Shown here: positions 9,501-18,393 of the stretch, piece after piece
How positions within the stretch are numbered: position 1 is the stretch's first letter
How the letters are laid out: each line of letters begins with the position of its first letter
Notes under the pieces: generated by a model
Databases searched by the model: none
What the model saw: the letters and a program-made list of their open reading frames with translations, nothing else
Told to the model about the DNA's origin: nothing
Origin: an uncultured bacterium
GTDB lineage: Bacteria; Armatimonadota; Abditibacteriia; Abditibacteriales; Abditibacteriaceae
DNA: 64,000 nucleotides
NCBI GenBank assembly: GCA_963843795.1
Contig: CAWJLW010000006.1
Location: forward strand, 992,001-1,056,000
Direction: 5' to 3'
Made by a program: the position numbers and the translations under genes

Positions 9501-10853
9501 ATGAAACATATCTGGCTTTATCTCAATCACGACGACATCCGCACCGAACAACGCCAATGCGCCGAAGAAGGCCGCGATTTATCTTCGCTGGAAAATGAAT
9601 TCGAGCGCGTGCTCGCGCTTGATTTAGAAGATTTGGCGAATCAGCCCGCTGCGCAAGCTTTGCTCGATGCCACGATTCAATTGCCACAACGCGCCAATTA
9701 TCCGTATTACGAGCCGAACGATTTGGCAGAAATTCACAAAGCACGACCAGGAAATCGACCTCAACTCGAAGCATGGAATGGCGATAACACAGATTTGTTG
9801 AATCGATTGCACGGTGCGTGGACGGGGCGTTGTGTGGGTTGTTTGCTTGGGAAGCCGGTTGAAGGCTGGCGGCGACCGCGTATGTGGGGTTACTTAAAAG
9901 AATTAAATCGTTGGCCCTTGAATGATTTTTTTCGTTACGATGTGGCAACTCACGACGCGCGCGAAAAATACGAGTTGGACGGTTGGCACAAGCAGTTTTT
10001 TGCCGATCAAATTTCCTATATGCCCGAAGATGACGACACCAATTACACCATAACCGGTTTCGCGATTTTGGGTCGTTACGGGCGCGATTTCACGCCGAAT
10101 GACGTGGCCAATTTCTGGCTTCAGGAAATTCCGCTTTTGCATCTTTGCACCGCCGAACGCGTGGCGTATCGCAACTTTTCCCTGTTAATCGCGCCGCCAG
10201 CTTCGGCGAGCTTTCGCAATCCATATCGCGAATGGATCGGTGCGCAAATTCGCGCCGATTTTTGGGGCTACGCGTGTCCCGGCAATCCCGAAATCGCTGC
10301 GGATTTCGCGTGGCGCGACGCTTCGATTTCGCACGTCAAAAACGGCATTTACGGCGAAATGTGGGTGGCAGCGATGATCGCAGCGGCCTTTGTGTGCGAT
10401 GATGTGCGAACCATTATCGCAGCCGGTCTGGGCCAAATTCCCGAAAATTGTCGTTTGAGCGAAGACGTGAATTTGGTGTTGCATTGGCACGAGCAGGGCA
10501 TCGTTTACGATGAGGCCGTCGAGAAATTGCATGAAAAATGGGACGAAAATAGCGCTCACGATTGGTGCCACACGATTTCTAACGCGATGATTGTCGCGAT
10601 TGGATTGCTGTGGGGTGAAAATGATTTCGGAAAAACGATTTGCCGCGCCGTTCAGCCGTGCTTCGATACCGATTGCAATGGGGCGACGGTCGGTTCGATT
10701 CTGGGCATTATTCACGGGCAGAAAAATCTGCCCGCGCGTTGGGCCGAACAAATCAACGATACGCTGTACACCGGAGTTAGCGGTTATCATACTGTGAAAC
10801 TGGAACAAATGGCGCGCGAAAGTTTGGAAATTGTCCGCAAAATTGCCGCATGA
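9501..10853 (+). CDS. ADP-ribosylglycohydrolase family protein
   Basis: GAWTGRCVGCLLGKPVEG, PEDDDTNY, IGAQIRAD, SHVKNGIYG, DTDCNGATVGSILG. Start at ATG 9501. Confidence 0.88.
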   Translation: MKHIWLYLNHDDIRTEQRQCAEEGRDLSSLENEFERVLALDLEDLANQPAAQALLDATIQLPQRANYPYYEPNDLAEIHKARPGNRPQLEAWNGDNTDLLNRLHGAWTGRCVGCLLGKPVEGWRRPRMWGYLKELNRWPLNDFFRYDVATHDAREKYELDGWHKQFFADQISYMPEDDDTNYTITGFAILGRYGRDFTPNDVANFWLQEIPLLHLCTAERVAYRNFSLLIAPPASASFRNPYREWIGAQIRADFWGYACPGNPEIAADFAWRDASISHVKNGIYGEMWVAAMIAAAFVCDDVRTIIAAGLGQIPENCRLSEDVNLVLHWHEQGIVYDEAVEKLHEKWDENSAHDWCHTISNAMIVAIGLLWGENDFGKTICRAVQPCFDTDCNGATVGSILGIIHGQKNLPARWAEQINDTLYTGVSGYHTVKLEQMARESLEIVRKIAA

Positions 10854-10882
10854 GCGCGCTGCAAGTACTTGCAGGAATCTTT

Positions 10883-11911
10883 ATGAAATTCAATTTTCGT
10901 TGGGTGGCTGCGGTGTTGGGTTTGGGCTTTTCTCTGGCTCACAACGCAAACGGTCAAGAAACAAATTCGGAAGCCACGACAAAAGAACCAACGGTTTTGG
11001 ACAGCAAATTTTTCACCTACCGCTTGCAGCCACCGATTGGTTTGAGAGGGCATTACACGATTTTCACGCGCTTGAAAGTCACACAAAATTTGCCCGTAAC
11101 CTCCGCGAACGCGCAGCGCATGGAAACTCAGAGCGAGCAAACTTTTCTTATTGACTACGAAACGATTTCGCGCGATTTGCGCGGAGGCACGGTTTCGCGC
11201 CTGATTTATCGCACGCTCCGGCAAACTTCCACCACGAAAATTGATGGCAAATTTGTCCCTTCTAACGCTGCGCAGGCCAAAAAGTGGGAAAAATTATTCG
11301 ACGGCGTGCGCATCGATATCAAACAAGCTCCCGATGGCCGCGTGCTGAACGTGCAAGGTTTGACTGCGCTACGCCGCCGCCTCGACCGCGCTTCTTCCAC
11401 AAGCGACCCGTCTTCCAAAGCGCTGATAAAATCTATTTACAACAGCATTTTTAGTGAAAAAAATCTGCGTCAAACTTGGGACAATTCCGCGTTGTATCTC
11501 GCGAAACCGGTGCGTGTGGGCGATGGTTGGAATTATCTGGCTCCACTGGAAATGATGGGATTGAAAATAGATTTGCACGGCACGCGCCGCCTGATAGATT
11601 TGGATGCCGCGCACGCTACGATCAACGACCGAGCCAATCTCGATCTCAATGTTTTGCCAATGCCGGCATCAAAATCTGCATCCAATGCATCCCAAATTGT
11701 CGTGAATGGTAGCGGAACTACGAAAAGCAAGATTATCGTCAATCGCGAAACCGGCATGGAAACCGAGACTTTTGTTGACCTGCATTTGACGATGAAAACT
11801 AAAGTCAAAACTTTGAAAAACGGACGCATGCTCACAACCGAAATTCCGCAATGGTTGCTGATGCAATCGCACAGGGTGTTTGAAGCCAAGCCCAAAATCA
11901 GCCCATTTTGA
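10883..11911 (+). CDS. Secreted hypothetical protein (possibly DUF6263-like)
   Basis: Signal peptide MKFNFRWVAAVLGLGFSLAHNANGQ, then a beta-rich body with DGRVLNVQG and KPVRVGDGW. Family call is tentative. Confidence 0.6.
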   Translation: MKFNFRWVAAVLGLGFSLAHNANGQETNSEATTKEPTVLDSKFFTYRLQPPIGLRGHYTIFTRLKVTQNLPVTSANAQRMETQSEQTFLIDYETISRDLRGGTVSRLIYRTLRQTSTTKIDGKFVPSNAAQAKKWEKLFDGVRIDIKQAPDGRVLNVQGLTALRRRLDRASSTSDPSSKALIKSIYNSIFSEKNLRQTWDNSALYLAKPVRVGDGWNYLAPLEMMGLKIDLHGTRRLIDLDAAHATINDRANLDLNVLPMPASKSASNASQIVVNGSGTTKSKIIVNRETGMETETFVDLHLTMKTKVKTLKNGRMLTTEIPQWLLMQSHRVFEAKPKISPF

Positions 11912-11917
11912 AACTTC

Positions 11918-11961
11918 ACCGCACAAGTGCGCTGCAAGTACTTGCAGCGCACTTGTGCGGT
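11918..11961. repeat. 44-bp perfect palindrome centred on GCAAGTACTTGC
   Basis: ACCGCACAAGTGCGCTGCAAGT|ACTTGCAGCGCACTTGTGCGGT. Confidence 0.92.
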
Positions 11962-12002
11962 TCAAGTTGTCAGAACTATTCTTGCCGTAGTCTTTCAAAG
12001 TC

Positions 12003-14210
12003 ATGACAATGAACACTCGAACCGCGCGTGGACGCATCTCGATATTACTGCTTGGCGGGCTGATTTCTGGTGCGTTCGCTTCCGACGCTGGTGCCAATGG
12101 AATCGAATATGAAATCGATAATGGCGTTCTTCTGTCCAACGTGGACGCGACGTGTCCGATGATTTACGACAATGATTGGTGGTCGGATACGCCCGACAAA
12201 AATTATCTGTGGGCCAAAGCCAGCCTCGGTCAGGCCGATTTGCGTGCTAACATCGTGACGCGCGATTTGTGGGATTATCCAAAAGGCTATCTGTTCACTC
12301 TGCAACAAGGTTTGGATGATGCCGCTAAATCCATCGACATCGCACGGCGGAGTGGCCTGAAAAATATTCCCGATGCCGTTGCCGGTGCGAATGCCGTGTT
12401 CATGCGACCCGAAAGTGGACGCATCGAGGATACGGTTTTTACGCACAGTGCGGGCAGCGATTTAATTGTGCGCGCAGCGAAAAATGCCACGCCACAAAAA
12501 CCGCTGCTAATTTTCGTTGGCGGGCCACTGAATACGGTCGCAAATGCCTATCTGAGCGCGCCCGAAATCGCCACCAACCTCGTGGTGCTAATGACCGATT
12601 TGCAGGGCTACAACGGTCAGGATAAATGGGCAAATTATATCGTGGCCTCGCGCTGCAAACTGGTGAATTACGGCGCGCGAACTTGGTGGCCGCAGCGCCC
12701 GCAAACGCCCGTGATGCCTTTGGGGAGTTTCGAGCAACTGCCTCGCAGCGAAATGCGCGACGATATTTTTAAAATCGCCAAGAACTTCTGGGAGCGCAGC
12801 ACGCGCGCCGACAAGCCCGACCGCGATGATGGCTTCGCCGACGGCGCGCCAGTTTTCCTGGTCTTTGATCCACAGTGTTGGCGGCGCGTGCAAAAACAGC
12901 GCATCAACGGCGTTTTCGATGTGCAAGATGTGGAAGCCGCGCCCTACGACGTTTTAGACGCTCGCGAGCTGGATTACACCCGCATGGCGAACGAGTTTTT
13001 TCGCACTCTCAGCAACCCCGCATTGTATCAAAAGCCCGACAGCACCACCGCAAGTACCTGCAGGAAAAAACATTCCATGAACAAACTTTTTTCAGCTTTG
13101 TTCCTCGCAATTCCCCTTCTCGTCACGCGCGCTTTTGCCACCACTTATCAGGTTGGCCCGCAGCGCGAAATCAAAACGCTGGGCGCAATTGTTGAGCGGT
13201 TGCAAGCGGGCGACATCGCGGAAATTGATGCGGGCGTTTATCGCGAAGCCGTGAAAATTAGCGCGCAGGGCACGCGCGAAAAACCGATTACGATTCGTGG
13301 CGTTGGCGCGACGCGTCCGCTTTTTGATGCGGAAAATTTGGATGTCAGCGGCAAGGGCGCGGTTCCGCGTGCGATTGTTCAAATCGAAGGCGCGTATATT
13401 ACGCTGGAACATTTGGAATTTAAAAACGCGCGCAATGGGGAAAATGCAGCGGGAATTCGATTGCTCGATTCAACTGATGCGATGATTCGCGATTGCGTCG
13501 TGAGCGCTTGCGATATGGGCATTTTTGGTGGCGACCGCGAAACCGCGCTGATTGAAAATTGCCACGTTTTTGGCAATGGAACCGAGAAATTCAACGGCTA
13601 TTCGCACAATTTTTACATGCAAGGCAATCGCATCGTGGTGCGCGGCTGTTACATTCACGATGCTTTGTGGGGACAAAATTTCAAAAGTCGCGCGCACTAT
13701 AACGAGCTGTGGTGGAATTTGATTCGCGATTCCAACGAAGGAGAAATCGGTTTCGTCGATGCGAACGGCGAAACCGACCGGCCCAATAGCAACGCGCTGA
13801 TGGTCGGCAACACGGTGATGAGCAAAGCCGAGCGCACGGGAAACGGAGCGAAATTTGTGCTGTTTGGCAGCGAAATGCAAGCGCCCGCTGGCGGCGTACA
13901 TAACGGCACGTTGTTTTTGTTTCACAACACGTTCATTGCCGGTAACGAGCGTGTGAATTTCATTACGCTCGATGATCCGCAGGCGAAATTGGTGGCGCAG
14001 AATAATGTTTTTATAGGTAGCAAGAACATTTTGAATTTGGCGCGTCCAGCGGTTGCTGTGAGCGCGCAGCATAATCTTTTGCCCGCCGATGCGAATGTGC
14101 CGGAAAATTGGAGCCCTGAATTTGGCCACGAACTGCTTCAATATGTCGATGGCGAAGGCGTAACGCACACGCTGCAATTGGGGCCAAATGATGCCGAAAC
14201 CAAGCGCTGA
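12003..14210 (+). CDS. Apparent fusion of a nucleoside-hydrolase-like domain and a right-handed beta-helix protein (second signal peptide at 13077; probably two genes)
   Basis: IYDNDWWSDTPD and FVGGPLNTVANAYLSAPEI in the N-terminal half. Internal MNKLFSALFLAIPLLVTRAFATTYQVGP followed by parallel beta-helix repeats. Confidence 0.65.
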   Translation: MTMNTRTARGRISILLLGGLISGAFASDAGANGIEYEIDNGVLLSNVDATCPMIYDNDWWSDTPDKNYLWAKASLGQADLRANIVTRDLWDYPKGYLFTLQQGLDDAAKSIDIARRSGLKNIPDAVAGANAVFMRPESGRIEDTVFTHSAGSDLIVRAAKNATPQKPLLIFVGGPLNTVANAYLSAPEIATNLVVLMTDLQGYNGQDKWANYIVASRCKLVNYGARTWWPQRPQTPVMPLGSFEQLPRSEMRDDIFKIAKNFWERSTRADKPDRDDGFADGAPVFLVFDPQCWRRVQKQRINGVFDVQDVEAAPYDVLDARELDYTRMANEFFRTLSNPALYQKPDSTTASTCRKKHSMNKLFSALFLAIPLLVTRAFATTYQVGPQREIKTLGAIVERLQAGDIAEIDAGVYREAVKISAQGTREKPITIRGVGATRPLFDAENLDVSGKGAVPRAIVQIEGAYITLEHLEFKNARNGENAAGIRLLDSTDAMIRDCVVSACDMGIFGGDRETALIENCHVFGNGTEKFNGYSHNFYMQGNRIVVRGCYIHDALWGQNFKSRAHYNELWWNLIRDSNEGEIGFVDANGETDRPNSNALMVGNTVMSKAERTGNGAKFVLFGSEMQAPAGGVHNGTLFLFHNTFIAGNERVNFITLDDPQAKLVAQNNVFIGSKNILNLARPAVAVSAQHNLLPADANVPENWSPEFGHELLQYVDGEGVTHTLQLGPNDAETKR

Positions 14211-14242
14211 AAGCATGCAGCAAGTACTTGCTGCATGCTTTC
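14209..14242. repeat. 34-bp perfect palindrome centred on GCAAGTACTTGC (terminator-like)
   Basis: GAAAGCATGCAGCAAGT|ACTTGCTGCATGCTTTC. Confidence 0.9.
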
Positions 14243-14262
14243 GTTTCTCTGCAAATTAACTA

Positions 14263-15729
14263 ATGAAATTCAAGAAAACTCAATTTCTTCTCATCGCCGC
14301 GCTTTTTTCAAACGCAGCTTACGGACAAGAAATCAAACCCATCACGATTGATGTCGTGCCCGGCGCGCGCCAGAGTTTCGCTGGTTTCGGTGTCAGTACG
14401 GGCAACTGGGGCGGCGAATATCAGGCGCTACCTCGCGCGCGACAACAAGAATTATCGCGCTTGCTGTGGCACGATTTAAACGTCCAGATTTTTCGGATGT
14501 GGCTTAATACGTATGAATTTCGGCCCCACGCGGGCGCGCACGATTTGTCGCAATTCCGCAAAAATTATGTCGATTCGGGTTTGATTGCCGATGCCAAAGC
14601 TGAGGGAGTCACGACGCTTTTGCTGGCTCCCGATGGTTTGCCGGACGATATGAAAGAAAAAAATGCCGAAGGCAGTTGGCAGTTCAAAACCGGCAGTGAA
14701 GCCGATTACGCGAAATTGCTGGCCGAATTTATTCAACTATTGCATCAGGAAACCGGCGTGTTGTTGGACGCGACTGGCGTGCAGAACGAGCCGAATAACA
14801 ACGAGCGATTTTCGCCGCAGCAGATTGTCGAAGTCGTGAAAAACTTGCGGCGCGAATTGGATGCGCGCGGCTTGCAAAGCGTGAAAATCATCGCGCCCGA
14901 ACAAGCCAGCGTTGATGCCGTGATGCTCGAACAAACCGACGCGCTCAAAGCCGATGCAAACGCGTGGCAAGTACTTGCGGGCATCAGTTCGCATTCTTAT
15001 AACATGGCCGCGACCGAGCCAATCGCTGAACGAATTGCGGCGCCCGATGGTAGTAATCTGAAAGAATATTGGATGACCGAAGCCAGTGATAACGGTAGCG
15101 AAGAGGCTGGCAATGCGATGCGCGCGGCGAGCTTAGCGTCGCGTTTTCTTAACGATATGAACCATCGCGTCACGCACTGGATTCATTTTATCGGGCTGGA
15201 AGTTTCCGATCCCAAAGACAACGCCACGCGCATTATCGCTTATGAAGCCCAAACCGGAAAAGCGCAAATTTTCACCAAATATTGGTATTATCAGCAACTG
15301 AACCAAACTTTCGGCGTGGGCGCAAAATTTCGCGACAGCCAGAGCAGCTTGGATGGAGACATGACGTGGACTTATGGCGTCAAGCCGCACCTGACGGCTG
15401 CGGCTGCGCAAAATGCGGATGGCAGTTGGGGCATTGGTCTGGTCAATTTTACGGCAGACAGCTTTGCCGGTTTGCAAGGCTGGGCCGACGAAAAATGGAA
15501 TCGCGAGCAAAACGGTCACACGCCCGCGCAAACTTTTCGCGTGACCCTGCGCGTGCCAGAACTGAAAAATCGCGCTGCCGTGAAATTCACGGTGCAACGC
15601 AGCGATGCGATGAAAAAGAATGCGAGTTCAGGCGAAGTAACGATGCAGAATGGCGCCGTAGAATTGAATATCGCACCGCTGGAATTGGTGACGTTGCGCG
15701 AAGTGACAGCGAAAAAAGGAACGAAATGA
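14263..15729 (+). CDS. Secreted clan GH-A glycoside hydrolase (GH30-like)
   Basis: Signal peptide, RQSFAGFG, GVQNEP (acid/base), SSHSY, YWMTE (nucleophile). Confidence 0.75.
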   Translation: MKFKKTQFLLIAALFSNAAYGQEIKPITIDVVPGARQSFAGFGVSTGNWGGEYQALPRARQQELSRLLWHDLNVQIFRMWLNTYEFRPHAGAHDLSQFRKNYVDSGLIADAKAEGVTTLLLAPDGLPDDMKEKNAEGSWQFKTGSEADYAKLLAEFIQLLHQETGVLLDATGVQNEPNNNERFSPQQIVEVVKNLRRELDARGLQSVKIIAPEQASVDAVMLEQTDALKADANAWQVLAGISSHSYNMAATEPIAERIAAPDGSNLKEYWMTEASDNGSEEAGNAMRAASLASRFLNDMNHRVTHWIHFIGLEVSDPKDNATRIIAYEAQTGKAQIFTKYWYYQQLNQTFGVGAKFRDSQSSLDGDMTWTYGVKPHLTAAAAQNADGSWGIGLVNFTADSFAGLQGWADEKWNREQNGHTPAQTFRVTLRVPELKNRAAVKFTVQRSDAMKKNASSGEVTMQNGAVELNIAPLELVTLREVTAKKGTK

Positions 15730-17306
15730 ACGGTTTGATTCGCAGCATCGGCAGTTTGGAAACACCCGCGCCCAACGACGTGACGCTTTCTGAAGAAGGG
15801 CAACGCGCGCGGCGCGTGATGGCTTTGCCGATAAATCTGGAAACTTATGTCGTCGGCGAAGAAAAATTTCCCGATTTGTCAGCCGCCGATAAGGCGCAAT
15901 TGGAAACTTTAATCGGCTCGCATCGCGTCGAAATTACTTTTTATGACGCTGAATACAATGTTGTGACACAACCGCAAAAGCCGGGACGTTACGGCGCGGT
16001 AATTGAAATCACACCAGAAAACGGGCGCGTCACGCGACGTTTTCGCACGCTGTTTCGCCCCGCTCAAGAGTTCGCGTGGTGGCGCACTTTCGTGCCGATG
16101 AACCTCGAAATGCCGCCTGAAATCGGGATTAGCGCGCAAGCCATGCAGGCGCATCGCGAAGAAATCAGCAATTACTTGAAAATTCTCTGGCTCAAAAGCG
16201 CGCGCACCGATTGGCAATGTGCGGCACTTTTAGCGGGTTTGTATGAGAATTCTGCCGAAGATGTGTGGGCGCGCGACCGGCAATGGTGGGTCGGTTTGAA
16301 ACGCGTGATTTACAATATGGAGGCCCCACTGCCGTTTGAAGCGCCGCAAGTACTTGCCGGTCAAAACGCGCCAGTTTTACGCGCTGGAACACCTGAAGAA
16401 GCGGACATCCAAAGCGACGCGATTGAAAAATTGGACGCACTTCTGACCCGTTGGGCAAACGACAGCGATCAAGCGTTTTCGGTGTGTTTGGCGCGGCACA
16501 GCGTGGTTTGGTTTGAGCGCGCTTATGGCTCTGGCATGACGACGGAAACGCCGACGTGGATGGCGAGCATTTCCAAACTGTTGGCCGGTTCGCTATTGAT
16601 GATGTTGGTAGATGCCAAACGCGTGAATTTGGATGAGCCGATTGGCGCGTATCTTCCAGTTTGGCGCGATGTGCAAACTTCGCCGCCGCTGACTTTGCGC
16701 CATTTAATGACGCACACGGCGGGCTTGTGGGAGCATCTGGGTGACGAGTTGCACGATTGGGAAGAAATCGTGGCGCAGTTCGCGCCGCATCTGCAAATCG
16801 GCCAGCGCTACGAATATAATGGTGCGAGCTTGGCTTTGGCGGGCAAAATTATCGAAGCCGTCACCGGCAAAGCTCTGCCACAATGTTTCGCGCACCATTT
16901 GTTACAGCCTTTGGGCCTGAAGCACACGACGATTGACACCATGTCTTGGAACACGCAAGGCACGGCGCGCGATTTGGCGACTCTCGGGCAAATGCTGTTG
17001 AATCAAGGGGCGTATGGCGATAAGCGATTTTTCAGCGCGGAAACTTTTGAGATGCTGCTGCCGCAACGCTTGACGAAAACGCTTGGCCCGGAAACCACAG
17101 AAGAATATGGCATCGGTTCGAGCTGGTTCCGCGATGAAGGTTTGGGCACGGGCACTTTTGCGCACGGCGCGGCTTCGTCGGCGACGCTTCGCATTGATCC
17201 AGAAAACGATTTAATCGTGATGATGGCGCGCAACGCTGCGGGTGCAAATTTCGACAAATATCATCCACAATTTCTGCAAGTTATTGGTGAGAGCTTGGTT
17301 GATTAA
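15726..17306 (+). CDS. Serine hydrolase (beta-lactamase/esterase family) with N-terminal extension
   Basis: MASISK (SxxK), LTLRHLMTHTAG, YEYNG, FAHGA. ATGA overlap with the upstream stop fixes the start at 15726. Confidence 0.85.
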   Translation: MNGLIRSIGSLETPAPNDVTLSEEGQRARRVMALPINLETYVVGEEKFPDLSAADKAQLETLIGSHRVEITFYDAEYNVVTQPQKPGRYGAVIEITPENGRVTRRFRTLFRPAQEFAWWRTFVPMNLEMPPEIGISAQAMQAHREEISNYLKILWLKSARTDWQCAALLAGLYENSAEDVWARDRQWWVGLKRVIYNMEAPLPFEAPQVLAGQNAPVLRAGTPEEADIQSDAIEKLDALLTRWANDSDQAFSVCLARHSVVWFERAYGSGMTTETPTWMASISKLLAGSLLMMLVDAKRVNLDEPIGAYLPVWRDVQTSPPLTLRHLMTHTAGLWEHLGDELHDWEEIVAQFAPHLQIGQRYEYNGASLALAGKIIEAVTGKALPQCFAHHLLQPLGLKHTTIDTMSWNTQGTARDLATLGQMLLNQGAYGDKRFFSAETFEMLLPQRLTKTLGPETTEEYGIGSSWFRDEGLGTGTFAHGAASSATLRIDPENDLIVMMARNAAGANFDKYHPQFLQVIGESLVD

Positions 17307-17354
17307 AACACGCAAGCGGGCTGCAAGTACTTGCAGCCCGCTTGCGTGTTTTAA
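17303..17354. repeat. 52-bp perfect palindrome between convergent genes, containing both stop codons
   Basis: TTAAAACACGCAAGCGGGCTGCAAGT|ACTTGCAGCCCGCTTGCGTGTTTTAA. Confidence 0.93.
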
Positions 17355-18256
17355 ACGTTGTCCCACAAAGGTCGTTCGCGCAACAAATCCCAATGCACGC
17401 GGCGCGGCATTGCGGCCCACACGCGCGCGCGCAAGCCCAAACGTTCGGCTTGGGCGCGAATGGCGGTTTTGATTTCAACGTCGGTGTAGCGCGTCGAAAT
17501 GTGGTACAAAACCACATTGGGCACTTCGGCGTCCTGCGCGACTTTCAAGGCATCGAAAACTGTGGAATGGACGTGGCCGACATCTTCGCCAGCGTCCTCG
17601 GCATCGTAATCGGCGGCATCCAAAAAAGTGGCTTCGTGCAGCAAAAGTTGCGTGCCGCGTACTTCATCGGGATTCAGCGGTTGGCCATCGCCGCCAATCG
17701 AAATCCATTTTTCATCGACCGGTGCGGTAATGGCTTCGACGCCATCGCGCAACCGAATTGCGTCCAATTCGGCCTGTGGCAGTTCGCGCAGTTCGGGGCG
17801 TACTTTATTTTTGCGCCACATCAAATGAAAGCCCAGCGAACGCGGTTGGTTTTTAGGTAAATCGTTGGCGTAATGTTGAGTGCGAAAAGCGTGAATCAAG
17901 CGGCCTTCGATGCCGGTTTCAAGCCAATCGCCTTCTTCCAAAGCGTGCCACACGGCTTGCCACGAAGAGCCGGGATTGAATTTGTGGGCAAAAGCAGCCA
18001 GTTGTGCAAAGGAATTGCTGCCGCACGGATGCGCGACGGCGAACGGCCCGGCCTCGCCGCGCTGATTCAGCACTTGCAACAAACCTCCAATGTGGTCGCG
18101 ATGCGCGTGTGTGCATAAAACGGTGTCGATTTTACGGATTTTGTAGCCCAGTTGTTGTGTGGCACCATCGCCTGCGTCTATCAAAACGCGCCAGTCGGGT
18201 ATCCACAGCCATGTCGAAAAGCGCGGTGACGAATGCACCGCCAGTGTGATATTCAT
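17351..18256 (-). CDS. rnz: Ribonuclease Z (metallo-beta-lactamase fold, Thermotoga-type tRNase Z-like)
   Basis: FSTWLW...LIDAGDG, THAHRDHIGG (HxHxDH), short exosite arm, GGDG, HEATF, YHISTRY. Confidence 0.8.
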   Translation of the reverse strand: MNITLAVHSSPRFSTWLWIPDWRVLIDAGDGATQQLGYKIRKIDTVLCTHAHRDHIGGLLQVLNQRGEAGPFAVAHPCGSNSFAQLAAFAHKFNPGSSWQAVWHALEEGDWLETGIEGRLIHAFRTQHYANDLPKNQPRSLGFHLMWRKNKVRPELRELPQAELDAIRLRDGVEAITAPVDEKWISIGGDGQPLNPDEVRGTQLLLHEATFLDAADYDAEDAGEDVGHVHSTVFDALKVAQDAEVPNVVLYHISTRYTDVEIKTAIRAQAERLGLRARVWAAMPRRVHWDLLRERPLWDNV

Positions 18257-18393
18257 AGTTGTGCGCCAAGTTTAGTTATCATATTTGTGCCTGTAACCAT
18301 CCTGCAAGTACTTGCAGGAGAGTTGCGCCCGCATTTGTCGAGCGTTATGGTCAACGATATGGCAAAGATAGAACAGTGTAGCCGCGCGCCGCT

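Noticed and set aside
15282..15725. N-terminal 148 aa of the 674-aa ORF
   Set aside because: Overlaps the GH30-like gene in another frame; the ATGA-coupled start at 15726 is more plausible.
6851..17354. Co-oriented genes separated by palindromes as an integron cassette array
   Set aside because: No integrase and no attC-type RYYYAAC/GTTRRRY ends were seen, and the same palindromes flank lon, clpX and mgtE.
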